Source of the DNA: an uncultured Chloroflexia bacterium
GTDB taxonomy: Bacteria > Chloroflexota > Limnocylindria > Limnocylindrales > CSP1-4
DNA length: 64,000 bases
Reading direction: 5' to 3'
Assembly (NCBI GenBank): GCA_963829155.1
Contig: CAWHIA010000007.1
Location: 34,288-98,287 of the forward strand
In this document: positions 55,974 through 64,000 of the stretch, piece by piece
Layout of the letters: each line of letters starts with the position of its first letter
How positions within the stretch are numbered: the stretch's first letter is position 1
Translations under genes and position numbers: made by a program
Notes under the pieces: generated by a model
Databases searched by the model: none
What the model was told of the DNA's origin: nothing
Seen by the model: only the letters and a program-made list of their open reading frames with translations

Positions 55974-56574
55974 CGCTCCGTGCCCCGCGCGCCGGCGTAG
56001 CGCACGAGGCGCACGGTCTTCGTCTCGCCCGGCTCCCATCCCGTCCAGGCGCCGGCCGCGAGGTCGAGGTGGAACCCCCGCGCCGCGGCGCGATCGAACT
56101 CGAGGCGCGGGTTCACCCGGTCGAACGGGTAGTGCGAGGAGATCCGGATCCGCCGCCGCGACCGGCTCGTCACCGGCCAGCTCGACGGTCTCCCGGCCCT
56201 CGTTGAGCACGACGTCGGACGGGTCGCCGATCAGCAGCGCGCCCGGTCCGAGCGGGTCCTTGCGCGTCGCCGCGACCCAGCGGATCGACGAGCGCGACGA
56301 CCCGCGCGCCGTCGCCCATGAGCACCTCGAGCCGGACCTCGTCGAGCAGCTCGCGTACCCCGTCGAGCACGTCGGACGGGTCGACCGCCGCCCGCCCGGC
56401 CGCCTCGACCGCGTCGTACCCGGCGCCGGCGCGGGCCGCCTCGAGCATCGCGTCGCAGATCAGCGCGACGGCCTCGGGGTGGTTGAGGCGGAGGCCCGCG
56501 GCGCGTCGTCGACGGGCCAGCTCCGCGGCGGCGAACAGCTGGAGCCGCTCTTCCTCCCACGGGATGAGGCGCAT
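55970..56574 (-). pseudogene. ureAB: urease gamma and beta subunits (apparently fused ureAB), frame broken twice
   Basis: Gamma: MRLIPWEEERLQLFAAAELARRRRAAGLRLNHPEAVALI...VVALVDPLG (100 aa). Beta N-terminus in a second frame: KDPLGPGALLIGDPSDVVLNEGRETVELA. The rest is in a third frame: VTSRSRRRIRISSHYPFDRVNPRLEFDR...VRLVRYAG. No stop or start codon separates gamma from beta. Confidence 0.85.
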
Positions 56575-56693
56575 CGGGCGATGGTACCGAGCGGACTACC
56601 CCGCCGACCCGGCCGTCTCGTCCTCGTCCAGCCGAGGCCGCCCCAGACCACGCGCTCCCAGCCGGTCTCGGGTGACCTCAGGCCGGGCGGAGG

Positions 56694-56798
56694 TCACTTC
56701 CGGCGGATCAGCGCCGCGACCAGCGCCAGCACCGCGCTCAGCACGACGACGTGCGAGACGAGGATCGCGGCCAGCGACGTCAGCAGCGGGTGCAGCAT
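56694..56798 (-). CDS. possible 34-aa hydrophobic peptide MLHPLLTSLAAILVSHVVVLSAVLALVAALIRRK upstream of ureAB
   Basis: ATG 56798 with AGGA 8 nt upstream. Every codon ends in G or C. One TM helix with a basic C-terminus. Below the size cutoff of the ORF track. Confidence 0.35.
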   Translation of the reverse strand: MLHPLLTSLAAILVSHVVVLSAVLALVAALIRRK

Positions 56799-56856
56799 CG
56801 TCCGATCCTACGCCAGCGAGGCCGGAATCGTTCCGACGAGATTCGGCGACAAGCGA

Positions 56857-57408
56857 TCAGTCGTAGTGGGCGTACAGGTCGCGCACGAACCAGATCTCGC
56901 CCGCGTGGAACAGCAGCTCCTTGCTGACCCACCAGACGATCTCGATCAGCGGCAGCTCGGGATCGAGGCCGTCCGGATAGGCGCTCCGGCCGACGGTGTC
57001 GAGGTCCTCGTCGGTCATGACGGCGAGCCCGTCGCGCCAGGCCGAGATCCCCGCCTTCGCGAACGCCACGCCCTCGGCGGCGGTCATCGGCCAGGTGAGG
57101 TCGCCGCGCTTGAGGGAGTGGCTGCCGACGAGCCAGTCGGCGCGCTGCATCAGCCCGTCGCCCAGGTGGCCCAGCGACCAGGCCAGCGTTCGCGGCGGCG
57201 CGCCGCCGCCGGTCGGGGCCCAGACCTCGGCGTCGGGCGTGGGCTTGCCGTCGACGAGGCGAACGGTCCAGACCTCGGCGGCGGGCTCCCAGACGTACTC
57301 CTCGTCGGTCAGGCCGTCGAGCCGTTCGTAGAGCACCTCCGTGATGTAGTCCCACTGGGCGAGGAAGGGGGCGAGCCGGGCGGGGGTGGTGTGCGTCGTG
57401 TCGTGCAT
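56857..57408 (-). CDS. DinB-family (four-helix-bundle, metal-dependent) protein
   Basis: From ATG 57408: MHDTTHTTPARLAPFLAQWDYITEVLYERLDGLTDEEYVWEP...HLGD...LLFHAGEI. The His residues are spaced as in DinB/YfiT-like proteins. Confidence 0.75.
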   Translation of the reverse strand: MHDTTHTTPARLAPFLAQWDYITEVLYERLDGLTDEEYVWEPAAEVWTVRLVDGKPTPDAEVWAPTGGGAPPRTLAWSLGHLGDGLMQRADWLVGSHSLKRGDLTWPMTAAEGVAFAKAGISAWRDGLAVMTDEDLDTVGRSAYPDGLDPELPLIEIVWWVSKELLFHAGEIWFVRDLYAHYD

Positions 57409-57464
57409 GCACCCAGCGTCGGGCGCTACGTCAAGGCCGTCCAGTCGCCGATCCATTTCGCCGC

Positions 57465-57494
57465 TTGACATGCAACTGTTCGGTTGCATATCAT
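57465..57494 (+). promoter_or_regulatory. promoter TTGACA-N18-TATCAT with embedded 7-6-7 inverted repeat ATGCAAC-TGTTCG-GTTGCAT (candidate ArsR operator)
   Basis: -35 at 57465-57470, inverted repeat at 57470-57489, -10 at 57489-57494. The layout matches 26116-26144 but the half-site sequence differs. Confidence 0.5.
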
Positions 57495-57504
57495 CGCCGG
57501 CGAC

Positions 57505-57810
57505 ATGGATGCCGTCTTCGTCGCCGTCGCCGACCCCACCCGCCGCGTGCTGCTCGAGCGCCTCCGCCACGGCGGGGCGGCCTCGATCCAGGCGCTCGGG
57601 GAGGGGCTGCCGATGACGCGCCAGGCGGTGACCAAGCACCTCGACGTCCTCCGGGACGCCGGCCTCGTGCGGGTGCGCCGTGACGGGCGCGAACGCCTGC
57701 ACGAGCTCGAGCCGGCGCCGCTGCAGGCCGTCGACGACTGGCTGAAGCCATACGCCGAGGCCTGGGACGAGCGCCTGGCCGCGCTGCGCCGCCACCTCGG
57801 AGAGGAGTGA
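57505..57810 (+). CDS. ArsR/SmtB-family transcriptional regulator
   Basis: ATG 57505: MDAVFVAVADPTRRVLLERL...LPMTRQAVTKHLDVLRDAGLV. The TTG 57484 of the track ORF lies inside the operator and is less likely. Confidence 0.9.
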   Translation: MDAVFVAVADPTRRVLLERLRHGGAASIQALGEGLPMTRQAVTKHLDVLRDAGLVRVRRDGRERLHELEPAPLQAVDDWLKPYAEAWDERLAALRRHLGEE

Positions 57811-57811
57811 C

Positions 57812-58658
57812 ATGCCCACCACGACCATCGCCGCGATCGACCGCCAGCTCGACTTCCGGGCCTCGCCGGAGCGCCTGTGGCGCGCCCTGACCGAGGACGG
57901 GGAGCTCGCCTCGTGGTTCGGGCAGCGGGCGCAGCTCGACCTCCGGGCGGGCGGCGATGGCTGGCTCGAGTTCGAGGGGTACGGCCGCGTGCCCGTCCGG
58001 ATCGACGTCTTCGAGCCGGTGACCCGGCTGTCGTGGCGCTGGGGCGACGCCGGCAAGTCGGTCGACGAGGGCTCGACGCTGGTCGAGTTCCGGCTGGAGC
58101 CGCTCGCCGGCGGCGGGACGCGGCTCCACCTCCGCGAGTCGGGCTTCGAGCGCGAGGACAGCCGCTGGAGCAACACCGAGGGCTGGGTGACCGAGCTGGC
58201 CGAGCTCGCCAGGCACGTCGCGGTCGAGCCGTTCGAGGCCGGCATCCGCCGGACCTACGCGCTGACGTCGCCGCTCGACCGCGTCTGGCGCGCGTTCAGC
58301 GAGCCGGCCGAGCTCGGCGCCTGGTGGGCGGGCACGCCCGATCTCGAGATCCGGCCCGGCTACGAGGGCTGGTTCGTCTGGCCCAGCGAGGGCGGCCGGT
58401 TCGCGATGCGGTTCGAGGCCGTCGAGCCGCCGCGCTACCTGTGCTGGACCTGGACGCCCGTGCCGGACGTCCCGCTCGCGCGAGGCGACGACCGTGCTGC
58501 GGACCGAGTGGACGCTCGTCCCGCGCGAGGACGGTGGGACCGACCTCCACCTGTTCGAGAGCGGCTTCACCGAGCCCACCGGCTTCGGCATGAACAGCGG
58601 CGGCTGGGACGACGACATCCTGCCGGCGCTCCGCCGACACCTCGGCGAGGCGTCCTGA
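57812..58658 (+). pseudogene. tandem double SRPBCC (AHSA1-like) domain protein, one frame break
   Basis: Domain 1: FRASPERLWRALTEDGELASWFG. Domain 2: LTSPLDRVWRAFSEPAELGAWWAG. After PVPDVPLA the sequence continues in another frame (EATTVLRTEWTLVPREDGGTDLHLFESGF...RHLGEAS, stop 58656-58658). The break is near 58478-58482. Confidence 0.8.
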
Positions 58659-58679
58659 CCGCGGCCCAATCATTCGCGC

Positions 58680-58713
58680 CCGGCCGACGCGGTTCACCGC
58701 GAGTCGGCCGGGC
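58680..58713 (+). terminator. long GC hairpin (CCCGGCCGACGCGG-TTCA-CCGCG(AG)TCGGCCGGG) after the SRPBCC gene
   Basis: 14-bp stem with a 2-nt bulge, beginning 22 nt after the stop. Confidence 0.5.
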
Positions 58714-58769
58714 GCATCCGCCTTCCGTCTGGCCGTCCGACGGGCCTCGCCCGACCGGGAACCGGGTCA

Positions 58770-58855
58770 GATACCACCCCGGGGAGTGGTATCACGCGAG
58801 CGGCAGCGGATTCCGGCCGGTTTCGCCTCCACTCACCACGCCGGGTAGTGGCTGA
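58770..58855. repeat. two related hairpin units (GATACCAC-CCCGGGGA-GTGGTATC and TCACCAC-GCCGGGTA-GTGGCTGA), each followed by GGAWTCGGCCGG-like sequence
   Basis: Inverted repeats read directly at 58770-58793 and 58833-58855. A partial third ACACCAC copy lies at 58881-58887. Confidence 0.4.
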
Positions 58856-58993
58856 CCGGGAATCGGCCGGCCGGCCGCGTACACCACTCCACCTGGGCGT
58901 ATCTGACGGGATCCACGCGCCGACAGTCCCAACAGCCGGCCCTCCTCGACGCGAGTGCTAGGATTCCGGCTCCGAACAGCGGTTCGGTTCTGT

Positions 58994-59366
58994 GGGGATG
59001 CGTGGTCTCGACAGGGCTTGGCTGCCTGGGAACGCGAGCCGAGGTGCCGTCAGGCCTCGTTAAACCGGCGGCAAAACGAAGTAACTGCCAACAAGCAGCC
59101 TGCTCTCGCCCTCGCGGCTTAGGCCGTAAGGTGAGCGTGGAAGCGGCCTCCCCTCCGCGGGCCGTGGAAGCGTCACTTAGCGGAGGTGCAGCCCGGATGA
59201 GGCTACGTAGTCCGGAGCGAAGCCCGATCTAGGGACACGCAGATGGGCCGGATGGCAGCCTGCCGATGGGCGTCCGACCGGCTGACGAAAATCATCGGAC
59301 ACGCTCGTAGCTGGTCCCAGGCGAAGGGTTCTGGACGGGGAGTTCGACTCTCCCCCATCTCCACCA
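58994..59366 (+). ncRNA. ssrA: tmRNA (SsrA), tag ORF GCC..TAG 59087-59122 encoding ANKQPALALAA
   Basis: The 5' GGGGATG pairs with the 3' CATCTCC-ACCA, including the G3-U pair. The T-arm is GGGGAGTTCGACTCTCCCC. The tag ends in the canonical ALAA followed by a stop. Total length is 373 nt. Confidence 0.93.
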
Positions 59367-59389
59367 CCACTCTCACCTCGTCGGGGAGT

Positions 59390-59416
59390 GGCCCTCCCGT
59401 CGACGACAGGAGGGCC
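59390..59416 (+). terminator. hairpin GGCCCTCC-N11-GGAGGGCC downstream of ssrA
   Basis: 8-bp GC stem 24 nt after the CCA end. It overlaps the SD of the next gene. Confidence 0.4.
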
Positions 59417-59422
59417 GCCGCA

Positions 59423-59860
59423 GTGAAGTGGGTCACGCGCGAACACCCCAGGACCGACCGGATCGCCTGCCCCTGGCTGATCCGCAAGTTCATCGACCCC
59501 GCGGCCGAGATCGTCTACGTCCGCCACGACCAGGTGCTCCCGTACGCCGAACGTGAGCACGCCACGAGCTTCGACGCACCGGGCGCCCGGTATACGCACC
59601 GTGACGGCCTGTGCTCGTTCGAGGTGCTCATCGAGGCGTACGACCTGCGGGCCGATCCGGCCCTCATGCTGATGGCCCGGGTCATCCACGGGGCCGACGT
59701 CTCAGAGGACATCGAGGCGACGCCGCAGTCGGCCGGCCTGCTTGCGATCGCCGACGGCTTCGCGCTGCTCGAGGTCGACGACCAGCGCCAGCTCGAGCTC
59801 GAGCTCCCGGTCTACGACGCCCTGTACGCCTGGGCGGAGCATCAGGTCGCGGCCGGCTGA
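59423..59860 (+). CDS. ChrB C-terminal-domain (chromate-resistance-associated) protein
   Basis: From GTG 59423 after AGGAGG: VKWVTREHPRTDRIACPWLIRKFIDPAAEIVYV... is the characteristic ChrB-C motif. Confidence 0.8.
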   Translation: MKWVTREHPRTDRIACPWLIRKFIDPAAEIVYVRHDQVLPYAEREHATSFDAPGARYTHRDGLCSFEVLIEAYDLRADPALMLMARVIHGADVSEDIEATPQSAGLLAIADGFALLEVDDQRQLELELPVYDALYAWAEHQVAAG

Positions 59861-59924
59861 GGCCGAGCCGCGCGGCGCGGGCGTCGCGACGGCCGAGCGT
59901 CACGTCGGCGCGGAAACCGAGGCC

Positions 59925-60496
59925 CTACAGGACGCCGAGCCCCTCGGCGAGCAGGAACACCCCGAACACGACGAACGCGATCGCCGCGAACACCTTGATC
60001 GCGCGCTCCGGGAGCCGCGTCCCGAGGAGCGCGCCGATGCCGATCGCGAGGGCGTCCGCCGCGACCATCCCGGCCGTCGAGCCCAGCCACACCCCGATCG
60101 GCTCCTCCGTCGTCGCGAGCGTGATCGTCGCGAGCATCGTCTTGTCGCCGAGCTCCGCGAGGAAGAACGCCGTCCCGATCGTCAGGACGGCCCAGCGCCC
60201 GCCGCGCTTCGCGCGCGCCTCGTCGTCCTCGCCCAGCTCGTCGCCGCGGATGGTCCAGGCCGCGAACACGAAGAACGCGACGCCCGCGACCACCTGGATC
60301 AGCGACGTGGGAGCGCCAGGGCGAACAGCGATCCGACGAGCACGGATCCGGCGTGGACCAGCAGCGTGGCCAGCGTGACGGCCACCAGCACGGTCAGCGC
60401 CCGATACCGGGTCGCGAACGTCATCGCCATCAGCTGGCTCTTGTCGCCGAGCTCGGCGAGGAAGATGACGCCGAACGAGAGGAGGAACGCGTGCAT
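59925..60496 (-). pseudogene. GDT1/UPF0016 (TMEM165-like) cation transporter, one frame break
   Basis: The N-half from ATG 60496 (MHAFLLSFGVIFLAELGDKSQLM...SLFALALP) and the C-half in another frame (TSLIQVVAGVAFF...FFLAELGDKTMLAT...) contain the two E-x-G-D-K-[ST] repeats. The break is near 60306-60312. Confidence 0.8.
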
Positions 60497-60622
60497 GAGA
60501 GGCCCCAAATGTGAGCGCAGCATTCGCTGACGAGCGACGTGGGCCGACGCATATCGCTGGCCACGCCGCCCCCTCGAACGCGCCCCTCATCGTCACACGA
60601 TCGGGATGTCGTCGATGGAGCC

Positions 60623-61756
60623 CTAGCCGCCCGGATCGGCGACGAGCAGCCCATCGTCGATCGCCCACGACAGCCGGACGCGATCGCCGCGCTTGAGCTC
60701 GCGGCCGCTGCGCTCGCGCGGCTCGCGTACCGCAACCCGCTCGCCGCCCTCGAGCGTCAGCTCGTACTTCGTGTCCGGCCCGAGGTTGAGCACCTCCCCG
60801 ACCGTCGCGTCGACGACGTTCGCCCCGGGCGACGCGCCCGCCGCCGGGTCCACGATCCGCGTCCGCTCCGGTCGGATGACGATGGCCGCGGCGGCGCCGG
60901 CCTGGAGAGACGCCTGCGCGGCCGCCAAAGGTCCGACACGCCAATGCGCGGCGCCGCGCGTCATCCAGCCGCCGTCCACACCGTCGGTCTCGTAACGGCC
61001 GCGCAGGATGTTGAATTCGCCGATGAAGTCGGCGACGAAGAGCGACACCGGGCGGTCGTACAGGTCCTCGCCGCTGCCGAGCTGTTCGATCCGGCCCTCG
61101 CTGAAGATCGCGATGCGGTCGCTCATGACCAGCGCCTCCTCCTGGTCGTGCGTGACGTACAGCACCGTGGCGCCAAGCTCACGGCTGACGCGGATGATCT
61201 CGAGCTGGAGCGCCTCGCGGAGCTTGCGGTCGAGCGCGCCCAGCGGCTCGTCCATCAGCAGCAGCCGCGGCTCGAAGACGACCGCTCGTGCGAGGGCGAT
61301 TCGCTGCTGCTGGCCACCGGACAGCTGCCGCGGGTACCGATCACCCAGGTGACGGAGCTTGACGAGGTCGAGCGCCTCCCCGACGCGCCGTTCGATCTCG
61401 GCCCTGGGCTGCTTCCGCATCCGCAGCGGGAAGGCCACGTTCTGGGCGGCCGTCATGTGCGGGAACAGCGCGTAGTTCTGGAACACCATCCCGACGTCAC
61501 GCCGGTACGGCGGGACGCGGGTCATGTCCTGGCCATCGATCTCGATCGTGCCGCCGGTCGGGCCCATGAAGCCGGCGATCATCCGCAGCGTCGTTGTCTT
61601 GCCGGACCCCGAGGGGCCCAGCAGGGTCAGGAACTCCCCCCGCCGCACCTCGAGATCGACGCCGTCGACGGCAACGGTGCTGCCGAACGCCTTGCGCAGG
61701 TCGCGCAGGACGAGCGCGGGGCGTTCGGCTCCGGTGGCCGCCGCGCCGTCTGTCAT
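60623..61756 (-). CDS. polyamine/Fe-type ABC importer ATP-binding protein (PotA-like, C-terminal TOBE domain)
   Basis: From ATG 61756 (ATGA overlap): Walker A GPSGSGKTT, signature LSGGQQQR, Walker B LLMDEP. Confidence 0.9.
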   Translation of the reverse strand: MTDGAAATGAERPALVLRDLRKAFGSTVAVDGVDLEVRRGEFLTLLGPSGSGKTTTLRMIAGFMGPTGGTIEIDGQDMTRVPPYRRDVGMVFQNYALFPHMTAAQNVAFPLRMRKQPRAEIERRVGEALDLVKLRHLGDRYPRQLSGGQQQRIALARAVVFEPRLLLMDEPLGALDRKLREALQLEIIRVSRELGATVLYVTHDQEEALVMSDRIAIFSEGRIEQLGSGEDLYDRPVSLFVADFIGEFNILRGRYETDGVDGGWMTRGAAHWRVGPLAAAQASLQAGAAAAIVIRPERTRIVDPAAGASPGANVVDATVGEVLNLGPDTKYELTLEGGERVAVREPRERSGRELKRGDRVRLSWAIDDGLLVADPGG

Positions 61757-62550
61757 TGGACCGGCGCCTGGCGGCGGACCACAAGCAGCAGGACGAGGAG
61801 AACGGTCGTCACGACCAGCAGCGTCGTCGACACCGCCGCGACGGTCGGGTCGACCGCCTGGCGGACCTGCTCCCACATCTCGACAGGCAGCGTCCGGAAC
61901 CGGGCCGACGTCATGAAGATCGCGACGACGACCTCGTCCCACGACGTGATGAACGCGAAGATCGCGCCCGTCAGCACGCCCGGGAGGATGATCGGGAACG
62001 TGACGTTGAAGAAGGTCCGCCGGGGATCGGCGCCGAGGTTGGCGGCCGCGAGCTCGAGGTTGCGGTCCATCGTCCGCAGTGACGTGCTGACGGCGACCAC
62101 CACGAACGGCAGCGCGAGGGCCGTGTGCGCGAGCACGAGGCCCACCAGCGAGCCGCTGAGCCGCCACTGGACGAAGAGGCCGAACATGCCGATCGCGATC
62201 ACGACGACCGGCACGATCAGCGGCGAGAGCACCAGGGCGTTGACCAGCGAGCGACCGTAGAACCGGCCGCGGCTCAGGCCGAGCGCGGCAAGCGTCCCGA
62301 GCACGGTGGCGAGCAGCGCGGTCAGCGTCGCGACCTGGAAGCTGTTGACGATCCCGGTCGACCACTGCCGATCGGTGACCATCTTCTGATACCACTGGAG
62401 CGTGAAGCCCTCGGGCGGGAAGCTGAGGATCCGCGCCTCGGTGAAGCTCATGGGCACGATCACCAGCGTCGGCGCCAGCAGATAGAGCACGGTCAAGGCA
62501 CCGAGCGCGGCCATCAGGATCCGGCGCGGCTGGCGCCAGGAGTCGCTCAT
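61753..62550 (-). CDS. ABC transporter permease (PotC-like)
   Basis: 265 aa with 6 TM segments and an EAA-type loop ELAAANLGADPRRTFFNVTFP. Confidence 0.9.
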   Translation of the reverse strand: MSDSWRQPRRILMAALGALTVLYLLAPTLVIVPMSFTEARILSFPPEGFTLQWYQKMVTDRQWSTGIVNSFQVATLTALLATVLGTLAALGLSRGRFYGRSLVNALVLSPLIVPVVVIAIGMFGLFVQWRLSGSLVGLVLAHTALALPFVVVAVSTSLRTMDRNLELAAANLGADPRRTFFNVTFPIILPGVLTGAIFAFITSWDEVVVAIFMTSARFRTLPVEMWEQVRQAVDPTVAAVSTTLLVVTTVLLVLLLVVRRQAPVQ

Positions 62551-62554
62551 CGCG

Positions 62555-63454
62555 TCAGTCCTCGACGGCGCTGCCGAACACGTCGCGCAATCGGATCGCT
62601 CGGGACGCGATGAACAGGATGACCAGCGTGATCGCGACCAGGAGCACGCTCATTGCCGTCCCGAAGCCCCAGTCGAGTCGCTGCTGGATCTGCTGGACGA
62701 TGATCTGGCTGATCATCTGGTCCTTGAGCCCGCCGAGGAGCGCGGGCGTGATGTAGAACCCGAGCGCGAGGATGAACACGAGCAGGCATCCGGCCAGCAC
62801 GCCGGGCAGGCTCAGGGGCACGAACACCCGCAGGAACGCCGCCGACGGCGACGCTCCGAGATTGGCCGCGGCCCGACCGTATTCCGGGTCGATCCGCCGC
62901 ATCACCGCGTAGATCGGCAGCACCATGAATGGCAGCAGGATGTGCGACATCCCGATGATCACGCCGCCTGTGGTGCGGATAAGCGTGAGCGGCTCCGAGA
63001 TGACGCCGAGATCCAGCAGGAACCGGTTGATGACGCCGGTGTCACGCAGCAGCACCTGCCAGGCGAACGTGCGGACCAGCAGACTTGACCAGAACGGCAG
63101 CAGCACGGCGACGAGCAGCAGCCCGGCCCAGCGGCCGGGCACGATCGACATCAGGTAGGCGAACGGGTAGCCGATGACGAGGCTGGCGACGGTCGCCAGC
63201 CCCGCGATCCAGAACGTATTCGTCAGGACGCGGACATACGCCGCCTGTTCGAAGAATTTCTGGTAGTTCGAGAGCCCGGCGTCGGCCGGGTCGGTCACGC
63301 TTCGGACGCTCATCAACACGAGCGGCACCAAGAAGAACAGGACGAGGAAGACGACCGCCGGCAGCGCCAGCAGCGACCACCGGTCGGGCCGCACGGCGGC
63401 CAGGTTCGGCCGGGACCGGGACCGGACCCGCTGGGCCTCGTCGGCGGTCGTCAT
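62555..63454 (-). CDS. ABC transporter permease (PotB-like)
   Basis: 299 aa with 6 TM segments and an EAA-type loop GRAAANLGASPSAAFLRVFVP. Confidence 0.9.
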   Translation of the reverse strand: MTTADEAQRVRSRSRPNLAAVRPDRWSLLALPAVVFLVLFFLVPLVLMSVRSVTDPADAGLSNYQKFFEQAAYVRVLTNTFWIAGLATVASLVIGYPFAYLMSIVPGRWAGLLLVAVLLPFWSSLLVRTFAWQVLLRDTGVINRFLLDLGVISEPLTLIRTTGGVIIGMSHILLPFMVLPIYAVMRRIDPEYGRAAANLGASPSAAFLRVFVPLSLPGVLAGCLLVFILALGFYITPALLGGLKDQMISQIIVQQIQQRLDWGFGTAMSVLLVAITLVILFIASRAIRLRDVFGSAVED

Positions 63455-63475
63455 CTCGTCGGCGCGATCGACGCC

Positions 63476-64000
63476 TCAGCTGCCCTTCCAGGCCTGCCAG
63501 GCGGCGTCGATCTCGTCGAAGTTGTTGACGAGGTACTCGTCGTCGAAGTACGCAGCGTTGTCAGCGTTGGAGACCGACAGATCGTTCGCCATCGCCGGAT
63601 TGGCCTGAGAATTCGTGTTGGTCGGTCCGTACGGGATGTACTCGGATGGCTTGCCGTTGTTCGCCGCACAGGCTGTGTACGCGATGAACTTCATCGCCGC
63701 ATCCTTGTTGGGCGACCCCTTGGGCACGACCAGGTAGTCCGCCGTGACGATCTGCTGGTTCCACTGGGTCTCGACCGGCTTCTTGTCGATGTTCTTGGCG
63801 CTCCAGGCGCGGCCGTTCCAGATCATGCTCATCGCGACCTCGCCGGAGCCGATCAGCTCCTGCGACTCGGCGCCCGAGTTCCAGAAGACGATGTCGTCCT
63901 TGATCGTGTCGAGCTTCGCCGTCGCACGTGGAAGGTCGAGCGGATAGAGGTCCCCTGGGGCAACCCCGTCCGCCATCAGCGCGAACTCGAGCATTCCGCC
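63476..64000 (-). CDS. extracellular solute-binding protein (PotD/PotF-like), 3' part only; gene continues beyond the window
   Basis: The C-terminal 170+ aa are in frame to the window edge (…IVFWNSGAESQELIGSGEVAMSMIWNGRAW…VVPKGSPNKDAAMKFI…). Confidence 0.85.
   Translation of the reverse strand, partial: GGMLEFALMADGVAPGDLYPLDLPRATAKLDTIKDDIVFWNSGAESQELIGSGEVAMSMIWNGRAWSAKNIDKKPVETQWNQQIVTADYLVVPKGSPNKDAAMKFIAYTACAANNGKPSEYIPYGPTNTNSQANPAMANDLSVSNADNAAYFDDEYLVNNFDEIDAAWQAWKGS

Noticed and set aside
54255-56210. 651-aa ORF read as a ureB-ureC fusion
   Set aside because: The first 79 residues (MLNEGRETVELAGDEPVAAADPDLLALPV…) become non-urease sequence after the ureB N-terminal fragment. The real UreB continues in another frame and stops at 55970-55972, overlapping the UreC ATG at 55973.
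60497-60622. A yybP-ykoY (Mn) riboswitch in the 5' region of the GDT1/UPF0016 transporter
   Set aside because: This gene family is often riboswitch-controlled, but I could not find the conserved GGGGAGUAG or GACA-type elements in the - strand leader. Only generic G-rich runs are present. It cannot be supported without a covariance-model search.
59367-64000. A genomic island integrated at the 3' end of ssrA
   Set aside because: No integrase or recombinase is present, and there is no direct repeat of the tmRNA 3' end within the window. The downstream genes (ChrB-like, GDT1, polyamine-type ABC importer) have the same composition as the rest of the window.

Overview
High-GC (about 70% by eye) chromosomal segment of an actinobacterium-like Gram-positive, probably origin-proximal. 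Five phased parS-type sites precede a tightly coupled string parA-parB-gyrB-(PaaI thioesterase)-(AlkD-like HEAT protein)-gyrA-prs. Other content: kamA plus an MFS gene; an MMPL transporter plus an AttH-like lipoprotein; an IclR-controlled L-fucose-type (non-phosphorylative 6-deoxy-sugar) catabolic cluster with a sugar ABC importer; a Zn/Mn-type metal ABC importer with an embedded Fur-family regulator; ribokinase and a FabI-like SDR; an ABC-2 exporter whose ATPase carries a PLDc_N membrane domain; rpmE-rpmA-rplU (L21 has a long Ala/Lys tail); two ArsR-SRPBCC modules; DUF2344; a J-domain protein; mreD-mrdA-rodA; three small membrane/secreted proteins; secA; a DUF218 protein; a Cys-rich small ORF coupled to prfB (with the classical programmed +1 frameshift site); a GNAT; ftsE-ftsX; an S41 protease; smpB; a proline-racemase-family gene; ureAB-ureC without accessory genes; DinB; tmRNA (ssrA, tag ANKQPALALAA); ChrB-like; a GDT1/UPF0016 transporter; and a polyamine-type ABC importer running off the window end. 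No rRNA, tRNA, CRISPR array, transposase or integrase was seen. The most pervasive oddity is about 17 single-base reading-frame breaks in 12 conserved genes, including secA, which most likely reflects assembly indels. All family assignments come from motif recognition by eye, without searches. The many long Arg/Pro/Gly-rich ORFs in the track are shadow frames of a GC-rich genome.
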